The notes below the pieces were generated by a model, which worked only from the letters and a program-made list of their open reading frames with translations, searched no databases and had not been told where the DNA came from. The position numbers and the translations under genes are program-made. A DNA stretch of 64,000 bases from Trichodelitschia bisporula (taxonomy: Eukaryota): NCBI GenBank assembly GCA_010356995.1, contig ML996689.1, forward strand, positions 1,134,691 through 1,198,690, read 5' to 3'. Within the stretch, counting starts at the first letter, position 1. Every line of letters starts with the position of its first letter. Positions 63,577-64,000 of this stretch are shown here, in pieces.

Positions 63577-64000
63577 TCACGCCCTCTGGTTAAAGAACCA
63601 GCTACTCCGCTTTCCACCGCCATTGTGCGCACCCCCGTTCCCAGTTTCCTGCGCCTGTAGCGACGAAATCGTCGGCAATGCAGCAATAGGTTCACCGACC
63701 GCGCTGCCGCCGCCGCCACGCAGCGGCTTCGCGATCCGGCTACCGCCACCGAAGGCGAACGACGCGTTGGACGTTTCTGACCCGAGGCCACGCGTGGAGC
63801 CAGCCTTAGCGGCTTCGAGGCGCTCCTTGACGGCAGTGAGTTGGACCTCGAAACTACGCCGGTTAGTTGCGTCCTCAGATACGAGATGTTTATGAAAAGC
63901 ATACCGGTGGTTCGCAGTCGTCAGCTTTTCCTGGCTGTCATGCAGCAGCGACTCCAGGCTCTGGATGCGCTCGTTGCGCGCGATCAGCTTGCGCTCCGCG
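63577..64000 (-). CDS. kinA: Kinesin-1 (conventional kinesin heavy chain), 3' end only
   Basis: AERKLIARNERIQSLESLLHDSQEKL..|FEVQLTAVKERLEAAK..RIAKPLRGGG..KRSSWFF; intron 63854-63904; gene runs off the window. Confidence 0.93.
   Translation of the reverse strand, partial: AERKLIARNERIQSLESLLHDSQEKLTTANHRYAFHKHLVSEDATNRRSFEVQLTAVKERLEAAKAGSTRGLGSETSNASFAFGGGSRIAKPLRGGGGSAVGEPIAALPTISSLQAQETGNGGAHNGGGKRSSWFFNQRA

Noticed and set aside
1..64000. Intact transposon, Starship captain recombinase or secondary-metabolite cluster
   Set aside because: No transposase, reverse transcriptase, tyrosine recombinase, PKS or NRPS motifs, and no long terminal or inverted repeats were seen.

Overview
Eukaryotic, intron-containing genomic DNA from a filamentous ascomycete (Pezizomycotina; Dothideomycete-like is only a guess). 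About 21 protein-coding loci can be read after manual splicing: class IV chitin synthase, J-domain protein, Xbp1-type APSES factor, GST, TauD-family dioxygenase, ORP1-like protein, mitochondrial rRNA methyltransferase MRM1, Mit1/CHD remodeller, two small membrane proteins (one DUF2231-like), two orphan genes, PL1 pectate lyase, S10 carboxypeptidase, a degenerate CDK-like kinase, reticulon, acyl-CoA dehydrogenase, INCENP, an SKL-ending glyoxalase-like protein, a GPI-anchored Cys-rich protein and the 3' end of kinesin-1. No intact transposon, CRISPR array or rRNA is visible. The most notable signals are RNA-processing and non-coding ones: two tandem [D5,6] stwintrons around a 72-nt skippable exon in the reticulon gene, a five-unit ~144-bp degenerate array with a conserved hairpin and a dispersed partial copy, a hidden in-frame cassette exon in the J-protein gene, a stop codon inside a continuing coiled coil at the end of Mit1, a GC-AG intron, and 3'-UTR introns in both orphan genes. 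All gene models were spliced by eye and family calls rest on recognised motifs; no database search was run.
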